Positions 39,383-49,369 of a stretch of DNA of 64,000 bases are shown piece after piece. The notes beneath the pieces were generated by a model. That model ran no database searches. It was not told the origin of the DNA and worked only from the letters and a program-made list of their open reading frames with translations. The position numbers and the translations under genes were made by a program. Each line of letters begins with the position of its first letter. Position 1 is the stretch's first letter. Origin of the DNA: a virus; the IMG/VR virus record IMGVR_UViG_3300029448_008324, positions 44,412-108,411 of that record; one strand, given 5' to 3'.

Positions 39383-39718
39383 ATGACAAACGCACAATTA
39401 GTATTAAGCAAAATTAAAGGAACTTTATGCCATGAAGGCACAACCTACAAAGGTAACTCAGGAACTTACATGTTCATTGAAGGCAAAACAACTTCTGAAG
39501 GAACAATTAACGGTGTTGTTAAAAAATTAGACGATCAAGGTGTTGCAAAAACAGCTGGTTCATTTAAAATTGTAGAAGATGGCACTGTGATGAGATTCAC
39601 TGGTATTGCTACAAAAACTTCCAAGGGAATCACAGCAGAAGTGCAATCACAACAGCCAGATGCGAATCCAGGAGCACAGCCAGAAGTTGAAGAACAGCCA
39701 GAAGCTATTGCAATCTAA
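39383..39718 (+). CDS. Hypothetical early protein
   Basis: Own promoter, SD and downstream terminator. Confidence 0.75.
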   Translation: MTNAQLVLSKIKGTLCHEGTTYKGNSGTYMFIEGKTTSEGTINGVVKKLDDQGVAKTAGSFKIVEDGTVMRFTGIATKTSKGITAEVQSQQPDANPGAQPEVEEQPEAIAI

Positions 39719-39761
39719 ATTGAAAGAACTTAGAATAGCAAACGTAAACAAAATAATTCTT

Positions 39762-39792
39762 ACTGCTGAGTCTAATTGGGCTCAGCGGTTTT
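39762..39792 (+). terminator. Intrinsic terminator-like hairpin
   Basis: ACTGCTGAGTCT-AATT-GGGCTCAGCGGT followed by T-run. Confidence 0.6.
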
Positions 39793-39804
39793 GGAGATCA
39801 GTTC

Positions 39805-41259
39805 TTGCCGCATTGCAATATAATAATAAAAGATGAAGTAAACGTAAAATTAGAAGGACTTGATCTAGTCACACGAAGAAAACTTACCAACAAATTCAAA
39901 TACGAGATTCCAGGGGCTCGCTTTATGCCCGCAGTAAAACTAGGCAGATGGGATGGCACAGTTTCATTCTTTACACAAGGAGGACTGACATTTGTAAATT
40001 TACTTGAAGACATAGTTCCTATACTAGAAGACAACAACTACACGTTCGACTTAGATGACAGAAGACAAACATGGGACTTAAAGTTTGAACCAGTTAAAGA
40101 AGACTCCTTTGCTGATGTCACATGGCCAGAAGGACACACACATGAAGGGCAACCTATAATGTTGCGTGATCATCAAGTTGAAGTAATTAACAATTTTATA
40201 ACCAACCCGCAGTGCTTACAAGAAGTAGCCACTGCGGCAGGGAAAACTATCATAACAGCGGCACTGTCTAAAATGATTGAACCATATGGTCGATCAATAA
40301 TCATTGTGCCTAACAAGTCTTTAGTGACACAAACAGAAGAGGACTACATCAACATGGGGCTTGATGTTGGTGTGTATTTTGGAGATAGAAAAGAGCCTGG
40401 CAGAACACACACAATTTGCACATGGCAGTCGCTTAACATACTTGAAAAAAAGAGACAAAATGCAGAAGATGATTTAATAGAAGAATTCAAACGTGATGTA
40501 GTATGTGTGATTGTGGATGAAGTTCATCAAGCCAAAGCAGATGTATTGAGAAGACTGCTGACTAATGTGTATGGCTATGTGCCAATCCGTTGGGGACTAA
40601 CTGGCACAGTACCAAAAGCAGATTATGAATTTAAATCTTTGCATGTATCACTAGGCGATGTTATTAACAAAGTCAGTGCTATCGAACTCCAAGAAAAAGG
40701 CTTATTGGCAAAATGTAACATTGAAATATTACAAATGTGGGACTATGTAGACTACAAAAATTACCGTGAAGAACAAACATATCTTGTTACTAAACAAGAA
40801 CGCATCAACTATATTGGTAGAATGGTTGAACAGATGAGACAATCTGGTAACACATTGGTATTGGTGGATAGAGTAAAGTCAGGAGAACTGCTGACCGAAG
40901 CCATACCTAATTCTGTGTTTGTGCGTGGTGCAACCAAGGCAGATGAAAGAAAAGAACACTATGATGATGTCAAAACAGCTGATGACAAAGTAATTGTAGC
41001 CACATATGGTGTGGCCGCTGTGGGCATTAACTTGCCACGCATCTTTAATCTCATGTTGATTGAACCAGGCAAATCTTTTGTGCGAGTGATACAGTCAATT
41101 GGTAGAGGCATTCGTAAAGCACAAGACAAAGACTTTGTGCAAGTGTGGGATGTGTGTTCTACAGCCAAGTTTTCCAAACGACATCTCACAGAACGCAAGA
41201 AGTTCTATCGAGAAGCACAATATCCTTTCTCAGTCACAAAGGTTGACTATCAGAAGTAG
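39805..41259 (+). CDS. uvsW: UvsW-like SF2 DNA helicase
   Basis: LRDHQ, ATAAGKT, DEVH, GLTGT, QSIGRGIR. Confidence 0.92.
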   Translation: MPHCNIIIKDEVNVKLEGLDLVTRRKLTNKFKYEIPGARFMPAVKLGRWDGTVSFFTQGGLTFVNLLEDIVPILEDNNYTFDLDDRRQTWDLKFEPVKEDSFADVTWPEGHTHEGQPIMLRDHQVEVINNFITNPQCLQEVATAAGKTIITAALSKMIEPYGRSIIIVPNKSLVTQTEEDYINMGLDVGVYFGDRKEPGRTHTICTWQSLNILEKKRQNAEDDLIEEFKRDVVCVIVDEVHQAKADVLRRLLTNVYGYVPIRWGLTGTVPKADYEFKSLHVSLGDVINKVSAIELQEKGLLAKCNIEILQMWDYVDYKNYREEQTYLVTKQERINYIGRMVEQMRQSGNTLVLVDRVKSGELLTEAIPNSVFVRGATKADERKEHYDDVKTADDKVIVATYGVAAVGINLPRIFNLMLIEPGKSFVRVIQSIGRGIRKAQDKDFVQVWDVCSTAKFSKRHLTERKKFYREAQYPFSVTKVDYQK

Positions 41260-41279
41260 ATCCACATATAATAAAACAT

Positions 41280-41789
41280 ATGCAATTGTTAACACTCGAG
41301 AACGAAGCCTATCTGCTCGATAGGGTGCCAGATCACGTTGAAGAAGACATGCGTTTCGCTGTGTTGGATAATTCAGACACAAGCAATCCTGATTTCTTTT
41401 TTATTCCATTAATTTACTTAGAATCATTTTCAGCACCATCAGCTGTATTGCAGATTGGCAACAGCAAAATACAGATGCCTTTGGATTGGCACATACTGCT
41501 AGGTGATCCAGAGTGTGGCGACTTGGAGATTGTGCCGCTGACTTCTTTGAATGATAGATTGTTTCATGCTTTTTGTTTTAATCCTGTGTCAGACTCTATG
41601 CCCGCATACAATGAAGTAAGAATCACTAATATCTACAACGAAGTTGAATGGTTCTTTCCAAGGACAAAATCTAATCAGTTGATCAGTGTTCCTATACTGT
41701 CAGACAACAATCCGCCATGTGCTTATTTTATCAAAGAAATAAATCGCAACACAGATACAATACTGCTAGACAATTTATTTCATGCGTAA
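41280..41789 (+). CDS. Hypothetical protein
   Basis: TTGACT-18-TATAAT ending 7 nt before ATG. Confidence 0.7.
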   Translation: MQLLTLENEAYLLDRVPDHVEEDMRFAVLDNSDTSNPDFFFIPLIYLESFSAPSAVLQIGNSKIQMPLDWHILLGDPECGDLEIVPLTSLNDRLFHAFCFNPVSDSMPAYNEVRITNIYNEVEWFFPRTKSNQLISVPILSDNNPPCAYFIKEINRNTDTILLDNLFHA

Positions 41790-42597
41790 ACAAACATTAC
41801 CAACTTTGCAGTTTCACAATGATGCTCCAATTAAAATCATTGCTGGCCCTTGCCAAATTGAATCAGAAGATCATGCAATGCAGATGGCAGAAAAAATTGT
41901 TAAGATTTGTTATGAACAAGGCATGCGTGTGGTTTATAAATCTTCGTTTGACAAAGCCAATCGTTCTTCAATTGGATCAGCAAGAGGTGTTGGCATAGAC
42001 AAAGGTTTAAAAATTTTACAAAAAGTTAAAAAGGAATTTGACGTGCCTGTAATCACAGACATACATCAACCTGAACAAGCCGGTTTTGTGGAAGAGGTTG
42101 TTGACATCATACAAATACCTGCATTCCTGTGTAGACAAACTGATTTGATTATTGCAGCTGCCAAAACAAATTGTTGGGTGAATGTTAAAAAAGGACAGTT
42201 TTTGTCCTATCAAGAAGTTGCCAACATTAAAGACAAATATCCAGATAACAAAAAATTTATGATCACAGAACGCGGCACTACATTTGGTTACAACAATCTA
42301 GTTGTGGACATGCGTGGTATCCATCACATGCGAGATCACTATCCTGTCATTATGGATGGCACACACTCTGTGCAACAACCAGGAGGTATGGGCAAATCAT
42401 CAGGTGGTGACAGAACATTTGTTGAACCATTGTGTCGTTCAGCAGTTGCTCTTGGTATTGCTGGTGTATTTCTTGAGGTTCACAATGATCCTAACAATGC
42501 ACCATCCGATGGACCTAACATGCTTACTCCAGATGAATTTAGGAAGTTAATTACCAAATTAAAAATACTTGATTCTACAGTCAAACAAAAGTTATAA
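41782..42597 (+). CDS. kdsA: KDO 8-phosphate synthase
   Basis: IAGPCQIES, KSSFDKANRSS, QIPAFLCRQTDL, KKGQF, ERGTTFGYNNL, DGTHSVQQPG, PSDG. Confidence 0.95.
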   Translation: MRKQTLPTLQFHNDAPIKIIAGPCQIESEDHAMQMAEKIVKICYEQGMRVVYKSSFDKANRSSIGSARGVGIDKGLKILQKVKKEFDVPVITDIHQPEQAGFVEEVVDIIQIPAFLCRQTDLIIAAAKTNCWVNVKKGQFLSYQEVANIKDKYPDNKKFMITERGTTFGYNNLVVDMRGIHHMRDHYPVIMDGTHSVQQPGGMGKSSGGDRTFVEPLCRSAVALGIAGVFLEVHNDPNNAPSDGPNMLTPDEFRKLITKLKILDSTVKQKL

Positions 42598-42603
42598 TAT
42601 AAT

Positions 42604-43062
42604 ATGCCAGGAAACTTTTTAGACATCAAATTAATGATGCGAGCAGTGGATTCACGAGATAAAACTTGGTATGATCGATTGTCAGATGCAGACAAAAAAT
42701 TGTATTCGCCATACATGTCAATGAAGTGGACAGCGGCAGTTGAACACAAAGAACAAGCCATACAAGAATTCTACATTGAAGAAGTCAACGAAAATGTAAA
42801 CAAACATCTGTGGACACTGTCAAAGAATCACAAATCACTGCTGTGGAGACTCACAGCAATGTGTGGGTCAACATTCCAAATGTTTCACAAATGGTTCTAT
42901 CCAAAGAAGAAAAAAACTAATGTAAAATCCAAAATGAAAGAACTGCAAGAGTATTATCCTGCAATGAAACAAGCAGATTTAAATGTGTTAGATGCACAAC
43001 TAACTACACGTGAGTGGACAGAAATTAAAAGGCAATACGGTAATGACATATCTAGTAAATGA
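42604..43062 (+). CDS. Hypothetical, possibly clamp-loader small subunit (gp62-like)
   Basis: Helical 152 aa with YSPYM..N..KW..KKK pattern; weak resemblance only. Confidence 0.4.
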   Translation: MPGNFLDIKLMMRAVDSRDKTWYDRLSDADKKLYSPYMSMKWTAAVEHKEQAIQEFYIEEVNENVNKHLWTLSKNHKSLLWRLTAMCGSTFQMFHKWFYPKKKKTNVKSKMKELQEYYPAMKQADLNVLDAQLTTREWTEIKRQYGNDISSK

Positions 43063-43366
43063 CAAATGTATCATGTGCAAACACACCTCTTGTGTAGACG
43101 TGTGTCCTGTGGATTGTTTTTATGAAGGCGAGAATACACTTGTAATAAGTCCAGAAGAATGCATAGACTGTGGTGTGTGTGAGCCAGAGTGTCCTGAAGA
43201 AGCAATCATTCCTGATCATCTAGATGAAGACAACAAATGGTTAGACTTCAACACAAAATGGTCGGATCAATGGCCTAACATAGACAAGTCCAAAGATCCA
43301 TTAGCAGACTATGAAAAACATTCAGGTGAAGAGGGGAAGTTGGAAAAATACTTTAAAGATCAATGA
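43043..43366 (+). CDS. fdxA: FdxA-type dicluster ferredoxin
   Basis: [18 protein letters not shown] and [12 protein letters not shown]. Confidence 0.93.
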   Translation: MTYLVNDKCIMCKHTSCVDVCPVDCFYEGENTLVISPEECIDCGVCEPECPEEAIIPDHLDEDNKWLDFNTKWSDQWPNIDKSKDPLADYEKHSGEEGKLEKYFKDQ

Positions 43367-43521
43367 TTAAAAGTCCGTGTGTTAGAGTATGTAAAATCGA
43401 TCAAAAGAATGGTTTTTGTATGGCATGTAATAGAACTCTACAAGAGATAAGAATCTGGGGGTTGCCCGAAACTACGGATGAATGGAAAAAAGTTAACTTA
43501 AAGGAAATAAAAACAAGATGA
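43363..43521 (+). CDS. DUF1289-like predicted Fe-S/Cys protein, 52 aa
   Basis: [19 protein letters not shown]; not in ORF track. Confidence 0.8.
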   Translation: MIKSPCVRVCKIDQKNGFCMACNRTLQEIRIWGLPETTDEWKKVNLKEIKTR

Positions 43522-43712
43522 ATAATTGGATAGAATACAGTGTGCCAAAAAAACATACACGATTATATGTGTCACACATATTGAAAAATGTATTCATACT
43601 GGTATTCATTTTATTACTTGGCTTTGGCGTAATGCCTAGTTCTTTAAGTTTTTGGATAATAGTATTGATGTCAGATGCGACATTCTATCATGCCATCAAG
43701 TCTACACGTTAA
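43518..43712 (+). CDS. Small membrane protein
   Basis: Two hydrophobic segments; ATGA coupling. Confidence 0.6.
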   Translation: MNNWIEYSVPKKHTRLYVSHILKNVFILVFILLLGFGVMPSSLSFWIIVLMSDATFYHAIKSTR

Positions 43713-44770
43713 AAATAATCTTGTCTTTGACCTTTTCTTTTGGTATCTAAAGTGACACAATGGAATCCACCACTTATGGATCTTGCGTGTCTCATTTCAA
43801 GGCCAATTGTTTCAATGCCATGTTTGTCTAGTTCTCTACGTAGAGGTTCTTGATTAATATCACAAATTACCAGTTGTTCGTTCACACTCAAAAAATTTAG
43901 TCCTATGTAAGGCGAAGTGGTGGTGATGCCTCCTTGAAAAGCACTGCCTATGTCAACAATATTTTCTTCTGGAAAAAATATTTTGTCCCAGTTTTTGAAT
44001 ATAGGAGGATAATGGTCTTCATTGAGCCTAGCACCATTGAGCAACACTAATCCAGGACGTAGAGGCAACACTGTGCTATCAAAATGTGCAAATGAATAAT
44101 ATTTTTCTGCTACATGCAATCTATAACCTCTTGGTTCTAGCACTGTTTTTAACCATTGTGCACCAAGTTTGGTTCCTGTGTTGCTGACTTGATACAATAA
44201 ATCATTGCCCATTCGTACAATGTTTGGAGCATCAAAAATAATTTCATGGTTTTGTAAAGATGGATCTTCTAAATTTTCTAATTGAAAAACATCGTCCAGC
44301 AATCGAGGCTTTGGTGCAGAAATCCATTCAGTACCATTTTGCATCACTTCATACAAAAAATCGCGGTATGCTCTGCTTTCATAATGTCTGCTTCGTTGAG
44401 CAGGTGCACCTTCAATGATTAGATTATCTAAAGGCAACAACAAGTCCCTACAAGAATATGTTTGCCATCCACTGGTGGTCCAATCTGGTGTGCTAAAACT
44501 TTGTGCATTGTCTTGTTCGATGGGCCTTCTGACTTTGACTCCTAAACTTTTGAGTGTGTCAGCAAGGTTGTCTAAGTCTTCATTGGCTTCATCGATTATG
44601 CGTGGATCCAATGGACCTTCAAGATGCTGAATGTCTTCTAGTTTGTCTGTTGTAAAAACAATTGCATGCAAACTTTTGTCTATTTTAGGAGTTCTTGCTC
44701 CGTTGGCAATTCCTACATAACATTCCTCTAGAGGATCCCAGTCATTGTGACTGGAAACAATACTATTCAT
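43709..44770 (-). CDS. Amidinotransferase (glycine/inosamine-phosphate StrB1-like)
   Basis: SHNDWDPLEE, CRD, FDAPN, HFDST, GGFHCVTLD. Confidence 0.9.
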   Translation of the reverse strand: MNSIVSSHNDWDPLEECYVGIANGARTPKIDKSLHAIVFTTDKLEDIQHLEGPLDPRIIDEANEDLDNLADTLKSLGVKVRRPIEQDNAQSFSTPDWTTSGWQTYSCRDLLLPLDNLIIEGAPAQRSRHYESRAYRDFLYEVMQNGTEWISAPKPRLLDDVFQLENLEDPSLQNHEIIFDAPNIVRMGNDLLYQVSNTGTKLGAQWLKTVLEPRGYRLHVAEKYYSFAHFDSTVLPLRPGLVLLNGARLNEDHYPPIFKNWDKIFFPEENIVDIGSAFQGGITTTSPYIGLNFLSVNEQLVICDINQEPLRRELDKHGIETIGLEMRHARSISGGFHCVTLDTKRKGQRQDYF

Positions 44771-44772
44771 TA

Positions 44773-45297
44773 TTATTCTCCTATATAAAACCCGCTGACT
44801 TGCAGAGTGTATTTGTTTTCCATGCCGTTGTTAGCACCAATGTGCAAAATTTCGCTGTTCCACATGTGTCCGTCACCTTGTTTCCAATTAGAGTCTACAA
44901 CATTATCATACTGTAAAAAATGACCAATTTTCCAATCTTCAAGATAGATGTTTGCTCTCACCAGCATTCTGGTGTCTTCTGGATATTGTTTTTTGATCTT
45001 ATAAAAAGTATCTCTGTGCCAAGGTATTGTTTGACCTGGTGGTTGCATGATACTGCTCACAGTGACCACTTGCATGTCAAGTTTTTTTCCTAGTTCATCA
45101 AAATCAAGTTCTTCTTCTGTGTAAAATCTTTGATGTATCATGGTGTTCTCAAACACATAAGTTTTTGGCATGCCACCAAACTGATCGTAAATGTCAGTCA
45201 ATTCATGCACTTGATGTTTGGTACAACTGCTGGGAGCTGGATGCTCTTCTTGAACGAACCTGTTGCAATCTAGGTCAATGTGTATCTTCTTGTACAT
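44773..45297 (-). CDS. Cupin/2OG-Fe(II)-like oxygenase
   Basis: PWHRD, LHIGAN, YTLQVSG. Confidence 0.65.
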   Translation of the reverse strand: MYKKIHIDLDCNRFVQEEHPAPSSCTKHQVHELTDIYDQFGGMPKTYVFENTMIHQRFYTEEELDFDELGKKLDMQVVTVSSIMQPPGQTIPWHRDTFYKIKKQYPEDTRMLVRANIYLEDWKIGHFLQYDNVVDSNWKQGDGHMWNSEILHIGANNGMENKYTLQVSGFYIGE

Positions 45298-45344
45298 ATG
45301 ATTATGTAGTTGATTTTGAGACAGTAAGGTTGTAAAATTGACTT

Positions 45345-46283
45345 ATGGAAAAAATATTAATCACAGGTGGCGCAGGTTTCATCGGCAAAGAATTGATACA
45401 AATATTACTGGAAAAAAATTATCGTATTCATGTGCTTGATAACTTGGTATTCAATCAAAGTTTCATTCGCGATAGTAAAATTACAAATCACAAAATAGAT
45501 ATTACAGACAAAACGGAACTGATTGAATTAGTAAAAAATATTAAACCTAAAATCGTTGTGCATTTGGCCGCCATACATAGCATTCCTGTGTGTGAAAAAC
45601 AAAGGCAATCAGCACAATCTACTAATATTCTTGGCACAGAAAATTTGCTTCAAGCGTTAGAAAATATCAAACTCGAAAAATTTATTCTTGCTTCAACAGG
45701 CGGAGTGTATGATTGGAAAACAAAAATTGCATCTGAAAAATTATCCTCTTTGAATCCACAAGACAATTATACAACCACAAAATATGTAAATGAAAAGCAA
45801 CTATATTTTTGGAGTGAAATGACATCAAATCCATACGTCATACTAAGAATTTACAACACGATTGGTCCCAATGATCCCAATGGACATTTGATTCCAGATA
45901 TATTGAGTCAGTTAGATGACAAAAAGAAAGTTAATAAAATTAATTTAGGTAATATAAAGTCAAAAAGGGATTACATTGATGTGGTAGATGTTGCTAGATC
46001 TATACATGACATAATAGAATTAAAGACGGATACAAAACCAAATATTATCAATATATGCAATCAGACCAGTTACAGTATTAAAGACATAGTTAAAATAATT
46101 TCAAAAGAGCTCGATATCAAAATTATCATCAATGTAGATAAGAAAAGAATTAGAAAATTTGATAGGCCACACCAAACTGGTTCGAATAACAAACTAAAAA
46201 AATTAACAGGATACAAATCAACATATAAATTAAAAGACTCTATAAAAAGAATTATTGAGCACAGCATGAAAGGAACAAAATGA
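45345..46283 (+). CDS. NAD-dependent epimerase/dehydratase
   Basis: TGGAGFIG, HLAA, YTTTK, RDYIDV; TTGATT-17-TAAAAT 6 nt upstream. Confidence 0.9.
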   Translation: MEKILITGGAGFIGKELIQILLEKNYRIHVLDNLVFNQSFIRDSKITNHKIDITDKTELIELVKNIKPKIVVHLAAIHSIPVCEKQRQSAQSTNILGTENLLQALENIKLEKFILASTGGVYDWKTKIASEKLSSLNPQDNYTTTKYVNEKQLYFWSEMTSNPYVILRIYNTIGPNDPNGHLIPDILSQLDDKKKVNKINLGNIKSKRDYIDVVDVARSIHDIIELKTDTKPNIINICNQTSYSIKDIVKIISKELDIKIIINVDKKRIRKFDRPHQTGSNNKLKKLTGYKSTYKLKDSIKRIIEHSMKGTK

Positions 46284-46356
46284 TTGCTGGATTATTACCA
46301 TTAACAGACGAACTGTATTGATTTTAAAATATCAATCTGTTAAAATAAAAACTAAT

Positions 46357-47031
46357 ATGCCAACTTGCGACTACTGTTCCAAAACATTCTCACGTCAAAG
46401 CACGTTGGACATTCACATGTGTGAGCCAAAGAGGCGATGGGAACAAAAAAGCAACAAAGTGCATGTGTTGGCATTTGAAATATTCAAACGCTTCTATGAA
46501 ATCAATTACAGCAATCAAAAGCCAAAACAATTTGTGGACTTTGTGAATTCACAGTACTACCGTGCGTTTGTAAAGACAGCAGAATTCATCACTGCCAACA
46601 CACCCGTTGAGATTGGTGCATTCATTGATTGGCTGTGTACATCCAAAATAAGAATTGATTCCTGGGCCAAACAAGGCACCATAGACACATACATCAAACA
46701 TTTGATCCGCACAGAAGGAGTCACACAAGCACTCAACAGAACAATACTAACAATGGGCGAATGGGCAGAACAAGAAAATGCTAGGCTAGAAGACTTCTTC
46801 AAGTATGTTAATCTCAACAGGGTGTGCCAAATGATTGTGAATGGCAGAATATCTCCTTGGGTGTTGCTAAACTGCGAAACAGGCAAGGACATGATCACAA
46901 TCATGCATGATGATCATATCAAGATCATATATGAAATAATTAATCCAGAATTCTGGAAAAGAACATTTCGAAAACGTGACGAAGATCAAGACTTTGTCAA
47001 AGCCACACTGCGTGAAGCAGGCATCGAATGA
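46357..47031 (+). CDS. Hypothetical protein with N-terminal zinc finger
   Basis: CDYC..F..L..HMC; start moved to ATG 46357 below TTGATT-17-TAAAAT. Confidence 0.7.
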   Translation: MPTCDYCSKTFSRQSTLDIHMCEPKRRWEQKSNKVHVLAFEIFKRFYEINYSNQKPKQFVDFVNSQYYRAFVKTAEFITANTPVEIGAFIDWLCTSKIRIDSWAKQGTIDTYIKHLIRTEGVTQALNRTILTMGEWAEQENARLEDFFKYVNLNRVCQMIVNGRISPWVLLNCETGKDMITIMHDDHIKIIYEIINPEFWKRTFRKRDEDQDFVKATLREAGIE

Positions 47032-47249
47032 GCAAACGCCCGCCTATCACAGGTTTCATTGGAGTGTTTGAAGAAAACCTTGATAAGTTGAAAAAAGAAT
47101 TACAAAAAGAATTGGCACTGCCCAGAGCAGAACGCAAGAAACAACATATTCTCAAACAACTAAAGCATGCTAAAGCATTACGTAACACCCTCAAAGAAGT
47201 CAAAAATGAAGTAACCAGGAAGTGTCCACACTGTGGCGGAGTGTTGTGA
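47028..47249 (+). CDS. Small coiled-coil protein with C-terminal CPHC
   Basis: ATGA coupling. Confidence 0.6.
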   Translation: MSKRPPITGFIGVFEENLDKLKKELQKELALPRAERKKQHILKQLKHAKALRNTLKEVKNEVTRKCPHCGGVL

Positions 47250-47539
47250 AAAAACTGGTTGATACATTTACGCCTGAATTGGCCGGCTATGGTGCAGACC
47301 TACTGCCAGCTGGTTATGGTTACAACAAAAGATATAGATATCAAATAAATCTGCAGACATATGGTGTGGGTTGGGAAAAAATTAATTGGTGTTTAACAAA
47401 TTGCAAAAGCAAATGGGGTTGGTATTTTAGATTAAAACCAAATGTTGAATGGACAGAGGATTACCAAAATCAAGATGCAATTTTGACTTTTAAAATGAAA
47501 AAAGATGCTGTATACTATAGACTAGCACATGGCGGATAA
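47246..47539 (+). CDS. Hypothetical protein
   Basis: GTGA coupling; Trp-rich. Confidence 0.55.
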   Translation: MKKLVDTFTPELAGYGADLLPAGYGYNKRYRYQINLQTYGVGWEKINWCLTNCKSKWGWYFRLKPNVEWTEDYQNQDAILTFKMKKDAVYYRLAHGG

Positions 47540-47562
47540 AACAAAATTGAGAGAAGTTGTGA

Positions 47563-48126
47563 ATGCCTGACATAGACATTGACTTTGCTGATAGACAAAA
47601 AATACTTGATGTATTGCCTCACACTCGTTCAACCATTTGGGACGACAAAGGCATCAAGCCTCACAACACAGGTGTATACTTTGTGGATGTGCCAACTATT
47701 CCTGGCACTGATCAATCTGCGTTTGATCACAAGGTTGCTGACCAACTTGGCTACTTTAAACTTGACTTTTTGAATGTGAACATTTATTCACAGGTCGAAT
47801 CAAGACAACATCTCGAACAACTGTTTAACCAAGAGCCGCCATGGCACAAACTACAAGACAAAACATTTGTTGATCAACTGTTTCATTTGAATGGACACTA
47901 TGACGTGGTGTCAAAGTTACAACCAGTTACACTTGAACAGTTGGCCGCATGTTTGGCCATCATACGTCCTGCCAAAAGATATCTACTGAACAAGACATGG
48001 AATGAAATATTAGATGAAGTGTGGACGAAACCCACCAATGATCAATATTTTTTTAAAAAAGCACATGCCTTTTCATATGCTGGCGCTGTGATTGTGCATA
48101 TGAATCTAATTGACTCTACGAACTAG
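47563..48126 (+). CDS. Minimal DNA polymerase III alpha (DnaE)-like palm protein, 187 aa
   Basis: PDIDIDF, HNTGVY, KLDFL, IIRP, FKKAHAFSY. Confidence 0.8.
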   Translation: MPDIDIDFADRQKILDVLPHTRSTIWDDKGIKPHNTGVYFVDVPTIPGTDQSAFDHKVADQLGYFKLDFLNVNIYSQVESRQHLEQLFNQEPPWHKLQDKTFVDQLFHLNGHYDVVSKLQPVTLEQLAACLAIIRPAKRYLLNKTWNEILDEVWTKPTNDQYFFKKAHAFSYAGAVIVHMNLIDSTN

Positions 48127-48480
48127 TTGCACAGTTTTTCTTCTCACTCTCTTTGACTGTGTGAGATCACTTAGTTGCACTGTAGGCCCGAACAATATTT
48201 CTGTTTCTTTGATGGAAAATGACAACAAAAAGTTTCTAAACATTTCAAAATCGGATCCAATGAAAATATTGATTGGCAATTTGCGATTAGATTCCCACCA
48301 CCATGCACGTCCATATTCTAAGAATATTGCTTTGGCTTCCTGTGGCATCACAGCATAATTGTATAATGATATCAGTCTCTGATCGCAATTTTGCACAATA
48401 CCTAGATATTCTTCTTTAACAACTTTGATTAGGGCGAGAAATGGATAATTTGATTGAATATCCTCTAGATCGAACGGCAT
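48106..48480 (-). CDS. Hypothetical protein (WWWESNRKLPINIF)
   Basis: Clean ORF filling the gap on the minus strand. Confidence 0.7.
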   Translation of the reverse strand: MPFDLEDIQSNYPFLALIKVVKEEYLGIVQNCDQRLISLYNYAVMPQEAKAIFLEYGRAWWWESNRKLPINIFIGSDFEMFRNFLLSFSIKETEILFGPTVQLSDLTQSKRVRRKTVQLVRRVN

Positions 48481-48547
48481 TTGTTTTAATTACCATATGT
48501 TCGATCAACCGGCCACAGTTTGTGGTTACATAAATATATCAAATGCC

Positions 48548-49369
48548 ATGCAATATTACAGCGGATACAAACTACCAAACAACTTGGATGTGTTCAATCA
48601 CACATCTGGACTAGAAAGAAGATACGAAAAAGTGTATGAACGTCCTATAAAATTATTCAAAGAGTTTGATAACACCTTCACGATTGTGGTAAAAAATCAA
48701 GATCAAAAGAAACAGTTTGTGAATGGCACCTCTTGCACATTACAAATTAGCGATCAGACAGGTGCATTAGTGGTTGAAAAAATTGGCACAATAGCAGACG
48801 ATGGATCCACTGCAACAACCAAAGGTCATATTACATTTACAATTACTGAATCTGACATGTTGAAGTTAGATCAAATATTTTATCATGGCGTGCTGAGATT
48901 CACAGACACAGATTCCACAGTAAAAGTTTTATATGCAGACACAAGATACAATGCAGCTATACAATTTGAAGTGGTTGGAGATACTTCACCTGAGTTTACA
49001 GCATCACAGCAGATCACTGAATTCAGTTTCATTGACGGCGAATTTGTTTCAACATCAGTCGACGCCCAACCAAATCGTAATTCAAATTCTGCACTGCATA
49101 CAGCAGTGTATTATCTTACTAACTTTTCTGGCACAATTAAAATATTTGGTACAATGACTGACGGAGCGTCATATGCCACTGATTCACAGCAGTCAGATTT
49201 TTACTTAATCAATTCAACAACATTTTCTGAAACCACAGATCGTAAGTTTGTGAACTTTACTGGGATTCACAAACGTGTGGCTTTTGTGGCACATTATTCA
49301 GATGATGCCAGTGCAGCTGACTCGTCGACTGTTTTAGTTGGACTAGATAAAATTTTCTACAGAAGTTAA
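48548..49369 (+). CDS. Late, beta-rich probable virion protein
   Basis: TAAATA at 48531 supports start 48548; Ser/Thr-rich. Confidence 0.65.
   Translation: MQYYSGYKLPNNLDVFNHTSGLERRYEKVYERPIKLFKEFDNTFTIVVKNQDQKKQFVNGTSCTLQISDQTGALVVEKIGTIADDGSTATTKGHITFTITESDMLKLDQIFYHGVLRFTDTDSTVKVLYADTRYNAAIQFEVVGDTSPEFTASQQITEFSFIDGEFVSTSVDAQPNRNSNSALHTAVYYLTNFSGTIKIFGTMTDGASYATDSQQSDFYLINSTTFSETTDRKFVNFTGIHKRVAFVAHYSDDASAADSSTVLVGLDKIFYRS

Noticed and set aside
39606-39836. Alternative-frame ORF across the terminator hairpin
   Set aside because: Overlaps both neighbours with no clear start; a short C-terminal peptide cannot be excluded.
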